A DNA stretch of 64,000 bases from NCBI GenBank assembly GCA_964016885.1, contig OZ024742.1, forward strand, positions 148,986,001 to 149,050,000, given 5' to 3'. The notes beneath the pieces are model-generated. The model ran no database searches. It worked only from the letters and a program-made list of their open reading frames with translations, and was not told where the DNA came from. Position 1 is the stretch's first letter. Each line of letters opens with the position of its first letter. This DNA comes from Eledone cirrhosa (taxonomy: Eukaryota). Positions 56,752 to 64,000 of the stretch are shown in pieces. A program made the translations under genes and the position numbers.

Positions 56752-59700
56752 GTTTTAAAAACAGAACATTTAGTAACCACTCTTTGTAAAAACAATAAAT
56801 ATTATAAATACTATCAACAACATTTTAGGAACTATACTAGTGTATTGTATACAAATTTTATAAGCCCACCTGACAGTTGTAAAGATCACAATGATTTGCA
56901 CATTAATAAAATTTGTATGAATATATACAGACTTCTATCAATATAGAAGTTGACATAATGTGAATAGAACATTTTATACCAATTTTACTAATGCAAACAA
57001 TGAAAAAATGATGAGACTATCTTTCAGAATAACATCATACACACTTCTACATAATAAAAGCCATAGAAAAAATAACAAAACCATCTTAATACAAATAAAC
57101 AAACACAAAAGCAGTGGGATACAAGTATTAGCACTATACAACAGTTTTCCAAATATTATAGTCAGCCATGAGACAAAAATTCTACAACAAAAAAACACAA
57201 CCATGTGATAGGAACAACCAAAGAATACACAATAATAAAGTGAGATAGAAAAACATATTCTCAACTGAAATAACAACAAAATGAAATGTTTTTGAAGATG
57301 GGAAGATGTCAATCAAAACAGCAATTGAACAGCTTCACAAGTTGATATAATTTGTTTAGCATACACACACATATACATAAATACACACATACATACATAC
57401 ATACATACATACACACACAGAATATAGTACATTCTGTCTAGATAAAAAATTAAGTTAATATAAAAAAAATCCTTTTAATGCACAAAAAGCTCTACTTGTG
57501 AAAAATCTAGTTACAAACAAAATCTTTTCATTAACAAAAATCACTGACATTTTTTTTAATGTTTAAAAAAATGTATATTGACAAGCATTTTACAGTGTAA
57601 AGATGCATTTACAGAAATGATACTCAGTTGTTATTTGACTGATGTCTTAAATCTGATTGTTGTATGTGAGTAATACTGAGTGAGTAATGAAAACTTGAAA
57701 ATTTTAGAAAGTTAAGTGAAGATTCATGGTCAAATTACTAAATACAAGACATGTTAGCACTGAGTTTTCAGTTTGGCATTCAACTTTAAAGAACCAGTGA
57801 TTTAGAATTATCACACACTGGTTAGGTATCATTTTGTCATTTTTTTTCTTTATCACACATGCCAGGTAATAGAATAAACAACCATAAGTTTAAATCATAG
57901 GACTAGTAATAAAATTGCAAGATATATGGGTTAGCTTGTCAGTACCACCACAGGGTTGCAGCTATCATTAAGGTGTAAGTGCTGACTATCAAACTGGACC
58001 ATGAAATGTGGAAAACTATCTAACTACCGACTCACAATACTAAGTTCATGGGTGCCTGCATTGTCTTAGGGTGCTACAATGATAGTGCCAGAACAAAAAT
58101 TATTTTACTGAAGTTTAAACAACAAGAATATGATAAAAGCAGAGTGGTCCTTTTCTTCTGTAATGAAGGATTCCATCTAAAACATTAGTGTCCCAGCAGT
58201 TTTTATTTATAATACAATGGAATCTATTTAACTAATTTTCAAATGGAAAGCCAGCAATGTGAAATTAAATATGTCACAAATTTACACCAGACATAAATGA
58301 CACAAGATATTTAACATAATCACTCAAGGCCACTAGTTACAGATACTTTGCAGATTTACTCCTGAGGTCAGTGACATAAGATATATCTGTGTAAAAGCAA
58401 GTGACACTAAATAATGGGCATATTTGCCATAAATGTTACTGGTACCAAATATGTAATATTTGTAAAATAATTTTTACTAAAGAAGTTAGTGGTACTAGAT
58501 AATTACTACAGAGGTTTCAAATATTTCACAAATTGATTATTCCATTGCCAGTTTCAGGTTGCCCACATTTTTTCTCTGAAATATCACTAAACAATCTTAT
58601 ATGTTTACAAGATAGATCAGCAGTGTCAGATGCTACACATTTTTTACTTGGACCAGGGATATTGAATAATTTCGTTGCAAGTAATAACAAAAATCCCTTG
58701 AACCTAAACAAATATGTTTAAATAGGACCTGCTACAGAACATTAGATATCACCTGATATAAACAGTGTAACATCATGTGGGCCTTGCTATGAAATACCAG
58801 ATAGGGAACTAAGTATTGTACCATCATGTATGACTACAGTATATCTTAACAGTGCATTATAACATAACATCTACTACAGAATATCAAATACAATACTAAA
58901 TATTTATCATCACATAATACTTGCTATTATATATAAGATAGCATAGTAATTTTATTTTAAATATAAGTGTCAGCATAATTTGCTAATTTATCAAACATGC
59001 ACAATATATAATATCAATTTTTTTTCTTAAAGTTTACCACAAATCATCACTTTACATTTTTCTCTTCTTTTTCCATTTCCAATTTTTTCAATTCTTTTTC
59101 ATTTCAATATAAAATACCTGCTCAAGAAGTTCGGACCAGGCCTGCACAACATGTCACCCGTGACAAATTTAGAAATGTTTATTTATAATAAAATTAAGAA
59201 ATATTTTGTAAAAAATGACAGGGAAAAGATTATTATCTTCATTATGTATGAGGGCAGAATCGAAACCCAAAATTAAAAATTCTCTTCTATCCCTTATTTA
59301 TGATTCATAATTAAAAATAGAAATGTTTAAAAGTTTCATTTACTTTATTTGAAAAAATTAACTGCAGCCTGTAGCAATATGGCTCTCAGCCCTGTTCTAA
59401 GCTGTGCAGACCTGGTTTAGACATTGATTTTGTTATTTCAAAAAGGAGTAAAATTTGTTGAATGAGGTTAAATAAATAATTAAAACATTCAATCCAGATA
59501 AGATATATCAAATATCTTAGACAGTTAATCAGTGGCAAGAAGAAAACAAGACAAGACAAAACATGAAAGTGAGATCTTGTACAGGTTATGGCAATAGCGA
59601 AGGATTTCGCAGTCAACAACAATGGTGAGAATACCCGCCAACAATTCTAAAATATGCATATGTAGCATACTATATTTGCCAGCATATAAGATGAGGTTAC

Positions 59701-61114
59701 TGTTGTTGTTGTCGATTTTTTTTTTTTTTTTTAAATAATTTTTTTTATAAAAAAAAAAATGTCTGTATTTTACATGCTTTGGTGAGGAAAATATTTGGGT
59801 ATGAAATTGTACAGATTCATTTAACTCATAGCTCTGCATTATATTCTATACACCTGTATATCCATTATTAATTACATACTTTGCATTAATTAATTCATTC
59901 ATTATTTAAAAAATGCCTTATTTAAAACAACATTAAATGACTGTGAGATTAAGGTGCTGGACTACTTACTACAATGTCACAAGTTCAAAACCCTTACTAC
60001 AGCATTTATGTGGTGAATCTTTGCAAGGTACATAGTTATACTTGACTAACAAGTACTGCTACTTCATAGGTAAGGAGTTAGCTGTATGAATGGTGTCCAG
60101 GTGTAAAAAAAAACTGTCAATAAAACTATCTCATCATGTCAAAATGAGTGTAAAAATAGGAGGAAAAAGTGTCATAAGCACAAATTAAGATGCAGTTGTA
60201 AAATGAACTCATACCCGCAAAATATCTTTAAAAGGGACTGAGGATTAAATCCCAGCATATACAGTACTTAATATCAATTCACCAAGTTTCGGTCACCAAA
60301 ATAAATAGATAAAATTAAATAAAATTCTTCATAGTTTTCATTCCTGAATTGCTTTGCTTTGATTCGTGAATTTTTGCATCCAATTTATTTTTTTTGATTT
60401 TAGGGAGCATTTTTTTTTTTCATAGTAGAAATAAAAAATTTACATTTGCTTACACAATCAATGAAATTACACAATTAATGATAAATGTAACTGAACTATA
60501 GGCCTGAATCACATTTTGTGTAATGAGAAGCTAAATTCTTTCAATTCCAAATGATTGTTACAGTTTCTAACATTTCTATTAAATAGGTTAACATCAATAA
60601 AATAAAATTTTAAAAAGTGGGATCTCTCTCCCAGACAATGGCACACATAACCAAGTCAAATTATTAGCTACATACAAAAACATTCAGAGGTTAACAACAG
60701 GTGCAACTTGCTTTCAACATTGTCAAATGCTTTCTAAATGCATACATTACTTGGTGAAACTTGAGTGAGTTATGATGATCTAATAAGAGGAATGTGGTGG
60801 AGTTAATTGAATCAATCCCCTAATATACTAATAGTAATTTTTCTATTGACATCATCATAATCATTTTACATCCACTTTCCATGCTTGCATGGGTTGGACA
60901 GGTTGTTATGGTCTGAGACTAGATAAGTCAGGAAAGGGACCATGTTTTGCACATACATTCCATTTTTTGACATGATTTCTATATTTGGATGCCCTTTCCT
61001 AACACCAGATCACTCAGAAAAAGATAATGTTGACAAGGATTATTTCAAATACATTTTTTTAGGTAAGTGGAAATGAGCAGTTGTAACGTTCATGCATTTT
61101 GTTAGAGAATTAAT

Positions 61115-61810
61115 TATGATTTCTAAATTAAGTACAAGGTCAACAATTTGTGGGGAGTGGGTAAGTAAATTATATCAACCCCAGTTCATGACTGGTACTT
61201 TATTTTAGCGATCCTGAAGGATGAAAGGCAAAATTAACCTCAGCAAGATTTGAACTCAGATGTGTTAGAGAATTAATAATACAAATAGGATTTGAAGACA
61301 TTAAACTTGAAAACATTTAATCTGCTATTACTGTTTGCACCAGTTCCTTTACCTAAGCTATCAATAAATAATTGTTTCTACTTTTGACACAAGGCCAGCA
61401 ATTAGCCCAGTGTATTACTGGCACTTTATTTTATCGACCCCCGTAAGGATGAAAGGCAAAGTTAACCTTGGTGGGATTTGAACTCAGACCATAAAGGGGC
61501 GTAACTCTATGCTGGAAAGCAGGGCGTCCAACCCTCTACCGATACTGCCAAAAATAATAACAACACTAATACTACTATTAAGAACAGGTATAATAATAAT
61601 GGTTTCTGATTTAGGCACAAGGCCAATAATTTGGGGGAAAGTTAATTAAATCAACCCCAGTTCATTACTGGCACTTTATTTTAGTGACTTCAGAAGAATG
61701 CAAGGCAAAGTTCACTCCAACAGGATTTGAACTCAGAATGTAAAGAATTGGAACAAATACTGCAATGGCACTTTATCCGATGCTCTCATGATTCTGCCAA
61801 TCCAGTAGCC
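61115..61810 (-). mobile_element. Second cluster of three same-orientation tRNA-related SINEs
   Basis: Copies at about 61115-61262, 61368-61550 and 61600-61810; the middle copy closely matches 27908-28089. Confidence 0.8.
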
Positions 61811-64000
61811 TAATAATGATAGTAGCAATAATCTCTGACACCCACTATACTATTGTATAAAAATAACACAACTTGCACAACATAACCCCTATTACCACCA
61901 CCCCTACATAACTGATACCTGATACTGCAAAACCCACACACCCAACACTCAGCCGCAACCTATTAATACGACACAATCACCATTCAACACTAAGACAGAT
62001 AACACCAAATACACAGTAATTACACACCAAACAAAATATCACAACAGGCATTACACATACTCTACACAATAGAACAAACACTAAAATAACACTATAAACG
62101 AGCTAAACCCCATAAAAAAGCAAGACTGGTTGGTGTGTGTTACACTAACATGGGTCTATACTCCATTCCAAAAAATAAAAACACAATGCTGCACACACCT
62201 CGGTAACACAGAAGTACACCGGGTGATGCAGTAGAAAATTACATAAAATTGAAAATAATAATAATAATAATAATATGCCTCAGATTTACAGAGAAGTGGA
62301 ATGCAGAAGCTTGTGAGGTTCATACTTTACTTTAGCAATGCAAGTTTCCAACCGAAAATCAAAACTGGGTAATTGAGAATTAATTACCACATTACTTACA
62401 ACACCTGCCATATTTATCATTTATACTATAAATAATGATGATGAAAATGATGATATAAATAAAAAACAACTCCCTTCCCCTTCGAAAAATATTAACTCAC
62501 TTATAAATCACATTACAGCCTAAAGTGATCCAAAGAAAGAACAAAACTTTTACAATGTATAAGAAGTTGATTAAAATATTCAGAATATAGCAAAGAAAAT
62601 TCTCCACAATTTTTTCTTCGTTTTTTTTTTTTATAGTAGCAACAGTCCATTTGGTTAATAAATAAATAAATAAATCAACAATTTACAAAGGCCTGAAAAA
62701 GAGAGGTGTTTTGAAAAACTTCATGCCAGAAGTATCAAAAAAGAACCATTTAAATAGGAAAAAAACTCACAGAATGTTTTGTTAGGTTATACAATTTCAT
62801 AAATTTTGATTTCCATCATATCCTAATATAACCAATGTTTAAATGACTTAAGAGAGAAACCTGTACAACCTAAGACCAGAACTGCTGAGAGCAACACTTA
62901 GAATACTTTGTCTATGGCATAAAAGGCCCTAACTACATGGAAGCGCTTTCAAATCAATTACTTGTTTTCTCCTTTTACTCCATTAATATGTGTGTTGTCT
63001 GTATAGTCTCAGGTCAGCTAAGATTGAGCAAACCGATGATAAAAGCATTCCAGCCATAATCAAGCCATATTTTGTTCCCCCTAGTTTATCTAGGACTGCA
63101 TTATTCAATTTGTCCTATTAAGATGGAGGAGGGTAATTTGTGAATTGGCTGGTATTTTGAGCAGGATGAAAGACCACATAAAGATTCCCTCACTATCTTT
63201 TTGTTGCTAAAGTGATGAAGATATATGAGACTGTAAATTCCCAGGCAGCTTGCTTTAATGTAATGAGTTCTTGTGCTAAAATCCTGCTGGAGTTGAGTTG
63301 CTTTTCAATTCACCAGGGTTGATAAAAACAAGAAGTAATAATATACCAAAGTAATTGAAAAGTGTAGACCAGTTCCTGTGAGGATTAACCTCCAATATAA
63401 TAAACAGAAAGAAATAATATGGTTGTTGCCATTGGTACCAAGTTTAGAGATTAATGCTTGGTAGTAAACAGAGATAGTCTACTTTGCTTTTTCACCATTT
63501 ATCTTAATACAATACTAATGTGTTTGTTTTTTTAACCCAGGAAAAGATGAAATATTTTAGTAAAATTTGAACTCAGCAGTTTATTCATTGACACAACAGC
63601 CATTCAGCCTACCTTCCATGAGGTTGATCAGAATAGATATACCTATTTGCCACATTATCATCCTACATTCTCTGCATTTTATGTGGTCTGCTGGCTGACA
63701 GAACAACATCATATTTTGTGGCTTGAAAACCAACTGAATACTACTGGTCAAAGGTATTTACAGCTGATCCCAAAACGCTGAACCTCAGTGAAGAGATGAC
63801 AAAGAAACACGTGTGGAGGCATGATATGCTGGAGAGGATCCATTAAACTCATGCATGGAAAAGTGGACATAAAATGACAATGATGATGTTCTGTAACATA
63901 CTGTGTCACATTAATAGCATTTAAAGACTGTCTTATGCATTATGTTAAATTAGACTGGCAGAGACATACACAAAATGTGATTTAAACTTAGAACATCATG

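Noticed and set aside
60325-60390. Possible upstream CCDC91 coiled-coil exon
   Set aside because: No convincing splice sites and frames close quickly.

Overview
AT-rich, repeat-dense animal genomic DNA. The repeat repertoire and long (TA)n tracts suggest an octopus or other coleoid cephalopod (inference). Two genes converge. On + are the last four coding exons of an FNBP4-like WW-domain gene (5384-13915). On - are the last two exons of a CCDC91-like gene (23882-21276); no further CCDC91 exon was recognisable in the next 40 kb. Introns hold RTE, CR1 and Hero-like LINE fragments, a Penelope-like element, a full-length decayed D,D34D mariner, TTAA MITEs, tRNA-derived SINEs and a ~7 kb (TA)n-based array. 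The most notable signal is a set of sequence-unrelated, (TA)n-associated cassettes carrying type I hammerhead ribozyme folds (6488, 8127, 8997, 56620). The best preserved has a compensatory U3-A8 core, sits in the loop of a 76-bp inverted repeat inside an FNBP4 intron, and overlaps a frame-compatible cryptic exon. All family assignments come from motif recognition and memory, not database searches.
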